DNA of 64,000 nt from NCBI GenBank assembly GCA_041690135.1, contig JAWLHY010000004.1, positions 256,001-320,000 on the forward strand. The letters are read 5' to 3'. The notes under the pieces are model-generated. The model made no database searches, was not told the origin of the DNA, and saw only the letters and a program-made list of their open reading frames with translations. Of this stretch, positions 37,668 to 47,886 are shown piece after piece (position 1 is the first letter of the stretch; the number at the start of each line of letters is the position of its first letter). A program made the translations under genes and the position numbers. The stretch is from Armatimonadota bacterium (lineage in GTDB: Bacteria > Armatimonadota > SYMT01).

Positions 37668-39161
37668 CTATCCTGGTGCGCCTACCACGCCGCCGGAGTG
37701 GTCCTGGGGCGGAGGCGGCCAGTGGACACCGCGCTGGCCGGAGAGGCCCCGGTCCGGCTTTGGCTCGTAGGGCTGCTCCGGAAAACCAGCGAGCTTTCCG
37801 TCGCGGAGCCAGGTCTCGTCGCTGCCGTACAGCTCCCGGACGAGAATCCCGGTGAGCCGCTCCCGCACCTCGACATGTTCGGGAGAGGTCGAGAGATCGC
37901 GCAGCTCCTGGGGATCTCCTTCCAGGTCGAACAACTGGCGGTGGTTGCCGACCGGATAGTAGATCAGCTTGTGACGGGCGTCGCGGACCATCCGGGTGGC
38001 GGTGGCGTTCTCTCCTACTTCGCCGTAGAGATGCTCCCGGCGCTCCGGGCCGACCATGGAGATTCCGTCTACCGTGGCGGGTACCTCGATCCCTGCCAGG
38101 TCTAGAAGGGTCGGCATAATGTCAGCCCAGGCTACGAGGCGATCATCGACCCGGTTGAACCCGACCCGCCGGTCGCCGGACGTGCCCAGCAGGATCATGG
38201 GCACGTTGGCGGAATCCTCGTAGAAGAGGCGCTTGGCCCAAAGGCCGTGATTCCCCAGCATGTCACCGTGATCGGCGGTAAAGAGGAGGACCGTATTGTC
38301 CAAGAGTCCTTCTTCCCGCAGCGTGCCGATCACGAGCCGCAGTTGGTGGTCGATGTGGGTGCAGAGGGCATAGAAAGCTCGCCGGATCCACCGCACGCGG
38401 TGGGCAGTGGCCTCGCCCCACTTCTGCCGGACGGCTTCCAGCGCATAGGGGAGACTATCCCCCTCCGCCGCTCGCGCCCATTCACCCACATACGGCTCCG
38501 GCGGCTCCACGTCCCGGTAGAAGTCAAGGTACCACTGCGGCGGCACGAGCGGCGGATGCGGATGGCAATAGGAGAGGAACCAGAAGCCCGGCCGCGTGGG
38601 ATCGCGGCGGCGGATTAGCCGCGCCATCTGCTGGGTGGTCCAGTTAGTGACGTGGAGCGCCTCTTCCAGGTGCCAGGGCCGGTAGCTGTACTCGTTGTTG
38701 CTCATCCCGTGGTCGAAGGCCTGGCCCGGCACGCCCCGGTCCCCCAAGAAGATCTGGTAGTCGTCCAGACCACCCAACTGCGACCGCCCCTCTTCCGCCA
38801 GCAGCACGTCGTCGAACCCCACCCGGTGCCGCTGCGGGTAGACGTGCAGCTTGCCCACCGCATAGGCCTGGTAACCGGCATCCCGGAACGTCTGCGCCAG
38901 GGTCGGCACCGCCGGCATCGGCTCTAGGACCTTGAACACGCGGTCGCCGTGGGTCCGCGGCGAGGTGCCCGTCATCAACGTCCGCCGCGCCGGAATGCAG
39001 ACGGGGCACTCGCTGTAAGCGTTCGTGAACCGCGCCCCGCTTCGTGCCAACTGGTCGAGCGTGGGCGTCTGCACCGCCGGGTGCCCCGCCACCCCCAGGT
39101 ACGAGCCCGGCCAGTGGTCGGCAGTGATCAGGAGAACGTGGGGAGATTGGGCGTTGGGCAT
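37668..39161 (-). CDS. Cytoplasmic sulfatase (choline-sulfatase-like)
   Basis: HVLLITADH, VCIPAR, GKLH, HPHPP, FTADHGDMLG; no signal peptide. Confidence 0.9.
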   Translation of the reverse strand: MPNAQSPHVLLITADHWPGSYLGVAGHPAVQTPTLDQLARSGARFTNAYSECPVCIPARRTLMTGTSPRTHGDRVFKVLEPMPAVPTLAQTFRDAGYQAYAVGKLHVYPQRHRVGFDDVLLAEEGRSQLGGLDDYQIFLGDRGVPGQAFDHGMSNNEYSYRPWHLEEALHVTNWTTQQMARLIRRRDPTRPGFWFLSYCHPHPPLVPPQWYLDFYRDVEPPEPYVGEWARAAEGDSLPYALEAVRQKWGEATAHRVRWIRRAFYALCTHIDHQLRLVIGTLREEGLLDNTVLLFTADHGDMLGNHGLWAKRLFYEDSANVPMILLGTSGDRRVGFNRVDDRLVAWADIMPTLLDLAGIEVPATVDGISMVGPERREHLYGEVGENATATRMVRDARHKLIYYPVGNHRQLFDLEGDPQELRDLSTSPEHVEVRERLTGILVRELYGSDETWLRDGKLAGFPEQPYEPKPDRGLSGQRGVHWPPPPQDHSGGVVGAPG

Positions 39162-39298
39162 GGGAACGATCCGCGAATTTGGCAAATGGAGCGAATAGGC
39201 ATTCGGGAAGTCAGGCGTTCGGGCATTGGGCATTGGGCATTGAGCATTGGGTGCTCAGGCCCCGTGCGGGGGTGAATATTCCGGCAGTGTCCGCGCTC

Positions 39299-39406
39299 GT
39301 CATTGCGAGGAGCGATAAATCCGCACCAACTTCTCAGTCCCGATGAGTCCCACACCGAAGCACCCGGGTTCCAGAAACAGAACCCGTCAGCGACGTGGCA
39401 AGCCCC
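39299..39406. repeat. GTCATTGCGA-type palindromic element (family D)
   Basis: GTCATTGCGAGGAGC..GCGACGTGGCAA; related to 52559-52813. Confidence 0.65.
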
Positions 39407-39660
39407 CTGGTCAGGGCACCTGTCATTACACGGGACTCGTCATGCTCATCCTGATCCTAATCCACCCTGCCCCCTGGCCAGGATACCCGCCATTACACGG
39501 TACTCTTATCCTTATCCTGATCCATTCCGCCCCTGGTCAGGGCACCCGTCATAAGCCGGGACTCTTTATCCTTATAATGGTCCTAATCCATCCGACCCTG
39601 GTCAGGGCACCTGTATTGACCCGGATCTGAATCTTCTTCCTAATCCGCGTCCTAATCCAG
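39405..39660. repeat. Degenerate tandem repeat, 4 units of 59-67 bp
   Basis: CCCTGGTCAGGGCAC-like heads at 39405, 39472, 39531, 39596, each followed by ATCC(T)-rich tails. Confidence 0.8.
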
Positions 39661-39672
39661 TTCGGCTCGCGC

Positions 39673-40188
39673 TTACATCCGGTTCGGACGAACCAGGTAT
39701 TGCAAGGCAGCACGGAGGGAGTCGAAGGCGAGGTCCTCGAGCCGTACTTCCGCAAGGGGTAGCAAAACGTAGCCGGCGATTTCGTCCGAGGTGACCACCT
39801 TCTCCAGCGAGGGTACCCGGCCGGTGAAGTAGAGATCGAGCACCTGGTAATCGATGCCCCGGTAGGGGTAGACGTTCGGGAAGGAGGCCAGGTACTGCAG
39901 CGGACCGAGTTGCAGACCCAGCTCTTCCTCCACTTCGCGCCGAACCGTCTCCTCCGCGCTCTCTCCGGGACTGACGAAGCCGCCGGGGATGCCCAGCTTT
40001 CCCTGGTGCGGATTCTTCGCCCGGCGCACGAAGAGGATCCGTCCCTGGTCGTCCTGGAGGAGCGCGCCCGCCGCCGAGGCGATGTTGTGATGGTAGTGGA
40101 ACCCGCAGGCGTCGCAGGTGTAGGCGTTGCTCTCGGTTGGGAGGAAACCCTTATGGGCACAATGGGGACAGTACTGGAACAGAGTCAT
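39673..40188 (-). CDS. NUDIX hydrolase with N-terminal zinc ribbon
   Basis: YCPHC..CDAC; PGGFVSPGESAEETVRREVEEELG. Confidence 0.9.
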   Translation of the reverse strand: MTLFQYCPHCAHKGFLPTESNAYTCDACGFHYHHNIASAAGALLQDDQGRILFVRRAKNPHQGKLGIPGGFVSPGESAEETVRREVEEELGLQLGPLQYLASFPNVYPYRGIDYQVLDLYFTGRVPSLEKVVTSDEIAGYVLLPLAEVRLEDLAFDSLRAALQYLVRPNRM

Positions 40189-40416
40189 CAGTTCGCTGGG
40201 GCGTATTGCGTATTGCGTAAGGGGAACCCCTGTGGAAACGAGAGCCTCTGCGGCTTAACAGGGCAATAGAGTGTGGATGGTGTGTTGCGTAGCGGGAGCC
40301 CTGGCGGGCGGGAGAGGTCAGGCTCACACGCCGCAAGTCGGGTAAACGGAATCCCCCAATTTGCAATTTGCAATTTGCAATTCTCAATCTGCAATTTGCA
40401 ATCCCCGGTAGAAAGT

Positions 40417-41877
40417 TCAGCTCATCCAGTCCCGCTGGGGCGCGCTCCACTTGCGGGTGATCTTCCGGAGTTGGGTCCAGAACGCGACGCCGTCCTCACC
40501 CGTGATATCGCCCGCGCCGAATTTAGACCGGTTCCACCCGCCGAAGGGGAACGGATCGCGGGGCACGGGCACACCGATGTTGATTCCCACCATTCCCGCG
40601 CCGGCCTTCTGCTCGAAGTACGCCGCCGCGCCGCCGCTGGTCGTGTAGATGGAAGCGGCATTCCCGTAAGGACTGCGGTTTTCGAGAGCCAGGGCGGCAT
40701 CGAGCGTATCCACACGGACCACAGAGAGGACCGGGCCGAAGATCTCGTCCCGGAGGCACTCGTCGTCGGGGGAGAGACGATCGATGATCGTTGGTCCCAC
40801 GTAGAAACCACCGGGTTTCCCCTCCACGCCGGCGCCTCGACCGTCCAGCCGGATCTCCGCCCCGCGCGCCTCCGCCCGGTCGACGTAGGAGACGATGCGG
40901 TCGCGGGCCGCCGCGCTGATGATCGCCCCCAACTCGCACCCGGTGCGAAGCTGCCGGGCCTCTTCCACGATGGCGTCGAGGATCCGCTCGGTGGTGGCGC
41001 CCTCACCCACCAGAATCAACACGCTCGCGGCCATGCAGCGCTGCCCCGCGCAGCCCATGGCGGAGCTGACCACGTTCCGGGCCGTCACCTCCACTTCGGC
41101 GTCCGGCATCACGACCAGGTGGTTTTTGGCGCCGCCCAGCGCGAGTACCCGTTTCCCGGCCGCCGTGCCCCGCCGGTAGACCTGCTCCGCCGCCGGGGTG
41201 GAGCCCACGAACGCCGCGGCCGCCACGCCGGGATGGTCGAGCAGGGCGGCGGCGGTGTCGCGGTCGCCATGGATCACGTTGAAGATCCCGTCCGGGAGGC
41301 CCGCCTCGCGGAACAGCTCCGCCAGCAGGAGCGGGGTGAGCGGGACCTGTTCCGAAGGCTTGAGCAGGAAAGCGTTGCCACAGGCGATGGCGATCGGGAA
41401 CATCCACATCGGCACCATCGCGGGGAAATTGAACGGCGTAATCCCGGCGACCACGCCCAGCGGGCTCCGGCGGGTGTAGCAGTCGACCCCGGAGCTCACT
41501 TCCAGGATCCGGCCGGTCCCTAGGCTGGGAAGGGCGGCGGCATACTCCACCACTTCCAGGCCGCGCCGGATCCCGGCTTCCGACTCGGCGGGGGTCTTTC
41601 CGTTCTCGCGGGTGACCAGCTCGGAGAGCTCCGCGATCCGCTCTTCGACAAGTTGTTTGAACCGGAAGAGCGGCTGAACCCGCTCCTTCACCGGCACCGC
41701 GCTCCAGCTTACATAGGCGTCCTGGGCAGCCCGGACCGCCCGGTCGACCAGCGCCGCATCCGCCGGGGAGACGCTGCCAAGATCGCTCCCGTCCGGGGGA
41801 GACACCACCCGGATGAGCCGCTCACCCGGCTCTGAAACCGGTCTGCCGTTGATGAAGTGGGGGATAAGTTGGTTCAA
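40417..41877 (-). CDS. mmsA: CoA-acylating methylmalonate/malonate-semialdehyde dehydrogenase (MmsA/IolA)
   Basis: ITPFNFPAMVPMW, LKPSEQVP, FVGST, GGAKNH, GCAGQRCMA, EIFGPV, GINIGVPVP. Confidence 0.92.
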   Translation of the reverse strand: MNQLIPHFINGRPVSEPGERLIRVVSPPDGSDLGSVSPADAALVDRAVRAAQDAYVSWSAVPVKERVQPLFRFKQLVEERIAELSELVTRENGKTPAESEAGIRRGLEVVEYAAALPSLGTGRILEVSSGVDCYTRRSPLGVVAGITPFNFPAMVPMWMFPIAIACGNAFLLKPSEQVPLTPLLLAELFREAGLPDGIFNVIHGDRDTAAALLDHPGVAAAAFVGSTPAAEQVYRRGTAAGKRVLALGGAKNHLVVMPDAEVEVTARNVVSSAMGCAGQRCMAASVLILVGEGATTERILDAIVEEARQLRTGCELGAIISAAARDRIVSYVDRAEARGAEIRLDGRGAGVEGKPGGFYVGPTIIDRLSPDDECLRDEIFGPVLSVVRVDTLDAALALENRSPYGNAASIYTTSGGAAAYFEQKAGAGMVGINIGVPVPRDPFPFGGWNRSKFGAGDITGEDGVAFWTQLRKITRKWSAPQRDWMS

Positions 41878-42059
41878 CGTTGGCCGCTCCCCTGGATGGT
41901 ATTGCGTAATGCGTGATGCGTATTCCGAACCCGGAGATCAGGGCCGTTACGTTGTGTCAGTGATGCGCATCTGTTCGCGGGCAAGGCTGGGGGGTGGACG
42001 CTCTCCCAATTGCCGTTTCGGCATCCACACTGTTCCTGCTCACCAACACCTACAGCCGC

Positions 42060-43016
42060 CTATTCGGTGGCCTGCCATAATTCCGGCAGCGTTTCCACTT
42101 CGAGCGCGCGCTCGAGGAGCGTGGCACACCCCTCCGCATCAGTATGCTCGATCCGCCGCACCCACTCGTACGGAAGTTCCCCAAACCGTTTCCGCAGCAA
42201 TCGGAAGCACAGCGCGCGGGCTTCCTCAACGCGCCCCTCTTCGCGCCCCTCTTCGCGCCCCTCTTCGCGCCCCTCTTCGCGCCCCTTCTCAAGACCTTCG
42301 GTGCGGGCTCGAAGGTCAGCTTCCGCCAGACGCTCGGCGATACGCTCGCCAATCAGCCCCATCTCTTCCAGCTTCATGACGTCCTCCCGAAACACGGCAT
42401 CCACGACCCGGCGAGATGCATACTGCAGCCCCAACAGGTAGGCGGTGCCAAGCACTTCTTTCTCTACCGGCTCCGGCAAACCGGACGCCCGGATGATCTG
42501 CTTCTCCTCGCGGAGAATGCCTTCCGCATCTTCATCTTCCCATAAGATGAGGAACGGCGCCAGTTCCGGGAACTCCCCATTACGGATTCGCTCGGCGAAC
42601 TCCCAGAGGAACACTCTTTCGAACCGGTACTCATTGGACAACCCGGCTGCCGCCCGCACCAGGCGGTCCGGAGCACTTCTCGCCGGCCCGGGTCGCAGGT
42701 AGATGACCAGGAGGATCACCACCCGGTTCAGGCTCTCTTCCAGGGTCAGCGCCTTGAGGATCCAGCCGCGGAGCCGGTCCCGGTCGAAGCTCCACACGTA
42801 CTCCAGGCACAGACCGAAGGGCGGCTCCTCCGGTGAGCCGTCGTAGAGAAGCACGTTGTCGGCGTGTAGCTCCTTGACGATGACGCCGGTGTCCTCCAGG
42901 CGCACTTCGTCCGGCTCCGCCGGGAAGCCGGCCACACGGAAGAAGGTCCAGGGCGCCACGCGGGCTACCGTCTTGACAGCCAGGTCGTATGGGTCGTGCG
43001 GGAGTTCGAAGGTCAC
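42060..43016 (-). CDS. Rpn/DUF4351-like PD-(D/E)xK-related protein
   Basis: N-terminal PYDLAVK, LHADNV; (EEGR)n repeats; LLRKRFGELP tail. Confidence 0.7.
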   Translation of the reverse strand: MTFELPHDPYDLAVKTVARVAPWTFFRVAGFPAEPDEVRLEDTGVIVKELHADNVLLYDGSPEEPPFGLCLEYVWSFDRDRLRGWILKALTLEESLNRVVILLVIYLRPGPARSAPDRLVRAAAGLSNEYRFERVFLWEFAERIRNGEFPELAPFLILWEDEDAEGILREEKQIIRASGLPEPVEKEVLGTAYLLGLQYASRRVVDAVFREDVMKLEEMGLIGERIAERLAEADLRARTEGLEKGREEGREEGREEGREEGRVEEARALCFRLLRKRFGELPYEWVRRIEHTDAEGCATLLERALEVETLPELWQATE

Positions 43017-43101
43017 TCGTAGTTCTCCCTGGAGAAAACCAGGTGGCGGCAAGGTCCGGCGCGAGCGCAGAGGTCGGCTGCCTCTCTTCTGCCGGGAAAC
43101 C

Positions 43102-44016
43102 CTAGCTCACAAAGTTCCGGAGGTACCTTCCGGACTGAATTAAGGATCTCTTCCGGTCTTCGAGGGAGCCTTCGTAGGCCCGGTCTTCCACCTCGATGCA
43201 GACGGGACCGGTGTAGCCGACGTCGGTGAGGGCGGCGAAGAAGCCGGACCAGTCCACGTCGCCCAAGCCCGGCAGCTTGGGGGTGTGGTACTCCAGCGGG
43301 TGGGCGAGAATGCCGACCTGGTCCAGGCGGTCGCGGTGGAGGCGCACGTCCTTGGCGTGGACGTGGACCAGCCGGGAGGCGAACTCTCGGATCGGGGCGA
43401 CTTCATCCATCTGCTGCCACACCAGGTGGGAAGGGTCGTAGTTCAGACCGAAGTTGTCCGCGGGAATCTCCTCGAACATCCGCCGCCAGATCGCGGGGCT
43501 CACGGCGAGGTTCTTGCCGCCGGGCCACTCGTCGCGTGTGAACAGCATGGGGCAGTTCTCGATGCCGATGCGCACGCCGTGATCGCGGGCGAACCGGACG
43601 AGCGGCGGCCATACCTCGCGGAAGCGCGGCCAGTTGTCGTCCACGGATTTCGCCGGGTCGCGGCCGACGAACGTGTTCACGCGCTCGATCCCCAGCAGGC
43701 GCGCCGCACGAATGACGTGGTGGAGGTGGTCGATATAGACCTGTGCCTCTTCCCGGTCCGCCGCGAGGGGGTTGGGGTAGTAGCCAAGGCCGCTGATCTC
43801 CACGCCGGTCCTCGCCATGGTTTCCCGCACCCGCTCCGCGTCGTCGCGGGTGAACCCGGTCACATCCAGGTGGGTCACCCCCGCGTAGCGGCGCTCCGCC
43901 TTGCCCCGGGGCCAGCACATCACCTCGATGCAATCGAAGCCCTGCTCGGCGGCAAATAGCGCGACTTCTTCCAGCGACAACTCGGGCAAAATGGCGGTTA
44001 CAAATCCCAGCTTCAT
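43102..44016 (-). CDS. Sugar phosphate isomerase/epimerase (xylose isomerase-like TIM barrel)
   Basis: [41 protein letters not shown]. Confidence 0.9.
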   Translation of the reverse strand: MKLGFVTAILPELSLEEVALFAAEQGFDCIEVMCWPRGKAERRYAGVTHLDVTGFTRDDAERVRETMARTGVEISGLGYYPNPLAADREEAQVYIDHLHHVIRAARLLGIERVNTFVGRDPAKSVDDNWPRFREVWPPLVRFARDHGVRIGIENCPMLFTRDEWPGGKNLAVSPAIWRRMFEEIPADNFGLNYDPSHLVWQQMDEVAPIREFASRLVHVHAKDVRLHRDRLDQVGILAHPLEYHTPKLPGLGDVDWSGFFAALTDVGYTGPVCIEVEDRAYEGSLEDRKRSLIQSGRYLRNFVS

Positions 44017-46397
44017 GAAACGATCTCCGGTCCCGGGTCCTCTTCGAAAGTACTGGCTTGCATCTGGTTCAAAAGAATGAGCTGAAGCGGCACCAACTCC
44101 GTAAGGAGAAAGCGGAAACTTCCGAACGTCTCCAGCACCCCCGGTCCGTAGGTGTAGATCACCCACTCCCACGTGGGGCTGAGGCCCGCCTGCTCCCGGC
44201 CGCTAACTTCGCCGCCGCGCGCAATAAAATCCTGCAGCAGCCCGGCCATGGCCGGAGTCCGCTCCGGCCCCTCCAGGGGAAGGGGGCGAGCCAACCCGGA
44301 ATAGTAAAACGGAGTGGAATTGGGCGGGCCGAACGGGATCTCCTCTTCCGCTTCCAGCATCGCAAGCGAGGGTGTGGGAGAGGAAGCTAGGCCTTTCCGG
44401 AAACCCGCTACCGGCGTGAGAGGCTGCGCGAGCCCCAGGCCACCCGCTGTGATGGGCCAGTAGAGGAGTGCCTCCGGAAGCGCCTCGACTTCGCGGGCCA
44501 GGTCCGGGAAGCGGTCCCGCATCCGGCGGCGGACTTCCGCGACCATGCCATGGCCCGGTCCGAACAGCCCCTGGTGAAGCTGCGCAAGCCGCTGCCCCAC
44601 TCGCTGCAGATGGTCGGCGTCCAGGCGGACCGGAAGGCCGAGGAAGCGCCAGACGAAATAGAGGTGCGCGTTGTACCGGGCGATCATCCCCAGCACGGAC
44701 GGCTCTTTCTCCGCCTGGCGGCGCATCCACGCCCGCATGGTCTCGATGGCCTCATCGTCCGGCAGCCACTCCCCCGAGGGATGGAGACGCAGCAAACCCC
44801 ACCGCGGCAGGCTCTCCGGCAGTGCCGTCGGAAGCTCTTCCGGGGTTCCCAGGCAAACCGCGCCCGACTTGCGCTCGTTCGGCTCCAGCCCCGCGGCCGT
44901 ACAGAAGCGGCGGATCGCCTCCCAGGCGCTCACGGCCTGTTCGGGAGACACGGCGACGCAGTAAAGGTCGTCGATCAGGCGCGCTGCGCGGAGATCCGCC
45001 GATGCGTGGATGTGGATATCCAGGAGCAGGAGCAGGAAGTCGGCCAGCACCGCGCCCAGCAGGTGGTCCAGCAGCACGCCCTGGGTGAGAGGATGCACTG
45101 CCCCCTCGTGCCGCACGCGGACCGCCAGGTACCGGCGGAAGAACTCCTGCCAGACTGGTGGGAAGCCCAACTGCTCGATCAGGAGCAGGGCGACCGCATG
45201 CGGTATCCGCAGGTAGTAGTCGCGCAGGTCGGTCTGGACCACGTAGACCGGCTGGTCCGGATGGAGCGCCTGGAGCGTCCGGATCTCGGCCTGGACGTGA
45301 GCGAGGAGCTGCTCGTGCAGAGTCGGGGTTTCCAGCGAGCGGGAGGATTTGCCGTAGCCGCCCCCGTACCCGCCGGAGGAGGTCAACTCCAGGAGCGACC
45401 ACGGTATCATCGGCAGGAAGAACTGCCCCGCGCGACTGCGCTGGAGGGTCGGCAGGGGGCCATCCCAGTCATCCTCCCCCATCACCCGCGTGGGAGAAAA
45501 GACCCCCCGGTACCCGTTGATGTGCTGCTGGAACTGGCTTTTGAGGCGCATCCCCCAGCGCAGGCCGAGGAGTTGAAGGAAGAGGAGCGTGAGGAGATCC
45601 TCGTCCAGGTACGGACGCCACTTGTTGCGTACCCAGAGGGTGCGGAGCGTGAGACCCTCTTCGGGCCAGTCCCACTCTTCCAGGTGGTGGAGCAGGATGG
45701 TGAGTGCTCCCGCGTACTCGGCCACCTGGACGTCGCTACTCCGGATCGCGATGGCCTGCTGGCGGAGCTGCGGTTGGCGGTAGACGCTCCCCGCCAGCAT
45801 TCCGAGGAGCGCTTTGACCTCGTCGGTCGATACCGGCGCCCGGCTCTCGCCGTCCCCGAATGCCTGCACGTCCTTCCGGACCTCCTCCAGCACCTTGGGG
45901 TGGCGAGAGAGCAGTCCCCGCAGGAAGTCGAGGTCGATGGGAGTCTCGGCATTCGACCAGAGGAACGACCAGTCCGGGCGCTCCCGCTCCGGCTCGTCGG
46001 AGGCGGCGACCGGATCAGCTCCCTCCGGCGTGGGCGGGCTCACCCAGTCTTCCAGCAGGCGACCGAAGAGGTGGGCGTACTCGGCCCGGCGGCGGCCATA
46101 GCCCAGTTCTTGCTCCAGGCGCCTGGTCCAGTCCCGTACTTGTTCCGGCGAGGCGACCCCCAACTCCGCTTCCAGGAGCAGGAGGTCGAGGTTGCCGGCA
46201 TCCGGATGGAGGGGCCTGCGGGCGAACCGGGTCTCGCGCAGCCCTTCTTCCAGCACGCGCAGCTTCTCTTCCGGGGTGGCGGCTGCAACGGCGCGCGCGG
46301 CCGTCCCGGCGTAGTGCGCGGTGAGACGGTCTCGCTGGCGGCGGAGCTCGGCCAGCTTGATCCGGGCGAGGTGGAGATTGGATTCTTCGTTTGCCAT
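44013..46397 (-). CDS. rvt: Reverse-transcriptase-related protein of the rvt (RVT) class
   Basis: N-terminal coiled coil [22 protein letters not shown]; [14 protein letters not shown]; RT motifs [41 protein letters not shown]; C-terminal [33 protein letters not shown]. Confidence 0.8.
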   Translation of the reverse strand: MANEESNLHLARIKLAELRRQRDRLTAHYAGTAARAVAAATPEEKLRVLEEGLRETRFARRPLHPDAGNLDLLLLEAELGVASPEQVRDWTRRLEQELGYGRRRAEYAHLFGRLLEDWVSPPTPEGADPVAASDEPERERPDWSFLWSNAETPIDLDFLRGLLSRHPKVLEEVRKDVQAFGDGESRAPVSTDEVKALLGMLAGSVYRQPQLRQQAIAIRSSDVQVAEYAGALTILLHHLEEWDWPEEGLTLRTLWVRNKWRPYLDEDLLTLLFLQLLGLRWGMRLKSQFQQHINGYRGVFSPTRVMGEDDWDGPLPTLQRSRAGQFFLPMIPWSLLELTSSGGYGGGYGKSSRSLETPTLHEQLLAHVQAEIRTLQALHPDQPVYVVQTDLRDYYLRIPHAVALLLIEQLGFPPVWQEFFRRYLAVRVRHEGAVHPLTQGVLLDHLLGAVLADFLLLLLDIHIHASADLRAARLIDDLYCVAVSPEQAVSAWEAIRRFCTAAGLEPNERKSGAVCLGTPEELPTALPESLPRWGLLRLHPSGEWLPDDEAIETMRAWMRRQAEKEPSVLGMIARYNAHLYFVWRFLGLPVRLDADHLQRVGQRLAQLHQGLFGPGHGMVAEVRRRMRDRFPDLAREVEALPEALLYWPITAGGLGLAQPLTPVAGFRKGLASSPTPSLAMLEAEEEIPFGPPNSTPFYYSGLARPLPLEGPERTPAMAGLLQDFIARGGEVSGREQAGLSPTWEWVIYTYGPGVLETFGSFRFLLTELVPLQLILLNQMQASTFEEDPGPEIVS

Positions 46398-46424
46398 AGA
46401 TGCTCCAGGATCCCCGAATTCCGC

Positions 46425-46642
46425 CCCGACCCTGAACGGTCGGGCTCGTGTAAGGCATATTGCCCACCTCCGTGGGCGCTCGGCTCGCGTTCAGAACTGC
46501 GACAGTATCTTCGGACGACGCGTTGGTTCCAGGCGTGGGGGTGAACTCCATCAGAGGGTAGACCGTGCCCGCGGAGGTTCACGCCCCGCGGGGGTGCGGG
46601 GACGGCGCCGTAGCGGAGCCCCAAGGTTTAGCTCGGGGCTCC
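46425..46642. other. Hairpin-rich intergenic leader upstream of rvt
   Basis: Stems CCCGACC/GGTCGGG (46425-46444), GCCCAC/GTGGGC (46462-46477), GGAGCCCC/GGGGCTCC (46615-46642, preceded by GTAGC). Confidence 0.6.
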
Positions 46643-46649
46643 CCGCATC

Positions 46650-47798
46650 TCAAACCTTAAACCAACGCTCCTCTTGATGGCTGCGAAGAATGGCCTCGCA
46701 GATCAGGAGGTCGCGGTGGCCGTCCGCGAAGGTGGCGTAGGGACCCGAGCCCGAGAAGTCGCCGGCGGCGATGGCGCCGTAGAAGGCGCGGAAAGTCTGC
46801 TTGAACGTGTCGCCGTACCCCTCGTTATGGCCGCCGGGATAGCTCACCGCCCCCCGGGCCGCCACGCTCAGGAGGGAGGGATCGCGGATCAGGGAGCGGT
46901 TCGGCTCGTCCCGGCGACCGATCCAGAGTTCGTTGGGGCGCTCGCTGTCCCACGCGAGGGACTGCTCCGAGCCGGCAATCTCGAACCGGAGGCAATTCTT
47001 CCTGCCCGCCGTCACCTGCGACACCCAGAGGTTGCCCCGGGCGCCCGTGTGGTAGCGGAGCATGGCGCAGCCGTAGTCGTCCGTGGTGATCGGGATGGGG
47101 TGCGTTTCGGCGGCGGGACCTTCCTTGCTCTTGAAGGTCTCCACCTCTCCCGCGGGCCGGTGGCGCACGGGATGGACCGTCTTCAGATCGGCGCAGACCG
47201 CCTCCACCTCCAGGCCGGTGATGGCGTGGGTGAGGTCGAGCCAGTGCGAGCCGATGTCGGCGACGGCCCGGAGGTCGCCGCCCTCTTCCGCCAGCACCCG
47301 CCAGTTGTAGTCGGTGGCGTAGAGGAGCCAGTCCTGCGAGTAACTGCCGTTGACGTGCAGGATCTCACCCAGGTCGCCGCGCCGGACCCACTCCCGCGCT
47401 TCCAGGCAGAGGGGATAAAATCGGATGTTGTAGCAGACGGCGGCGGCCTGTCCGGGGCGCCGGCTTGCCAGCTCGACCAACTCCGCCGACTCCATTGAAG
47501 TCATTGCGAGCGGCTTCTCGCACAGCACGTGCTTGCCCGCCAGAAGGGCGGCACGGGCCATCTCCACGTGGAACCGGTTGGGAACGCAGATATGGACCGC
47601 CTGCGCGTCGGGGTCCGCCAGCAGCTCCTCGAAGCTCCCGTAGGCGCGGGGGATGCCCCAGCGCTCCGCCACCTGGCGGGACTTGCCCTCGCTGCTGCCC
47701 AGGATCCCCACCACCGGCACCCCGGCGCGGCGGAGCCCCTCGGTGTGCACCGCCCCCATGAACCCGGTCCCGACAACGGCTGCGCCGATCCTGCTCAC
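46650..47798 (-). CDS. Gfo/Idh/MocA family oxidoreductase
   Basis: [24 protein letters not shown]. Confidence 0.92.
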   Translation of the reverse strand: MSRIGAAVVGTGFMGAVHTEGLRRAGVPVVGILGSSEGKSRQVAERWGIPRAYGSFEELLADPDAQAVHICVPNRFHVEMARAALLAGKHVLCEKPLAMTSMESAELVELASRRPGQAAAVCYNIRFYPLCLEAREWVRRGDLGEILHVNGSYSQDWLLYATDYNWRVLAEEGGDLRAVADIGSHWLDLTHAITGLEVEAVCADLKTVHPVRHRPAGEVETFKSKEGPAAETHPIPITTDDYGCAMLRYHTGARGNLWVSQVTAGRKNCLRFEIAGSEQSLAWDSERPNELWIGRRDEPNRSLIRDPSLLSVAARGAVSYPGGHNEGYGDTFKQTFRAFYGAIAAGDFSGSGPYATFADGHRDLLICEAILRSHQEERWFKV

Positions 47799-47886
47799 TC
47801 GATCACCCCTCTCCTAACGACAGGTCACCTTACGCGGTAGTTCGCACGGCCAACCCGGATCGCCTGCAGCTTCTTTTATACCGGCA

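Noticed and set aside
39405-39660. Possible CRISPR array
   Set aside because: Repeats are degenerate, the spacers resemble each other, and there are no cas genes in the window
42060-43016. Active transposase/IS element
   Set aside because: No terminal inverted repeats or target duplication found; the 12-bp repeats at ~42232-42285 are coding EEGR repeats typical of this family
44013-46397. Group II intron or retron RT
   Set aside because: No YADD, maturase/domain X, intron domain V or retron VTG motif recognised; the flanking domains fit the rvt class
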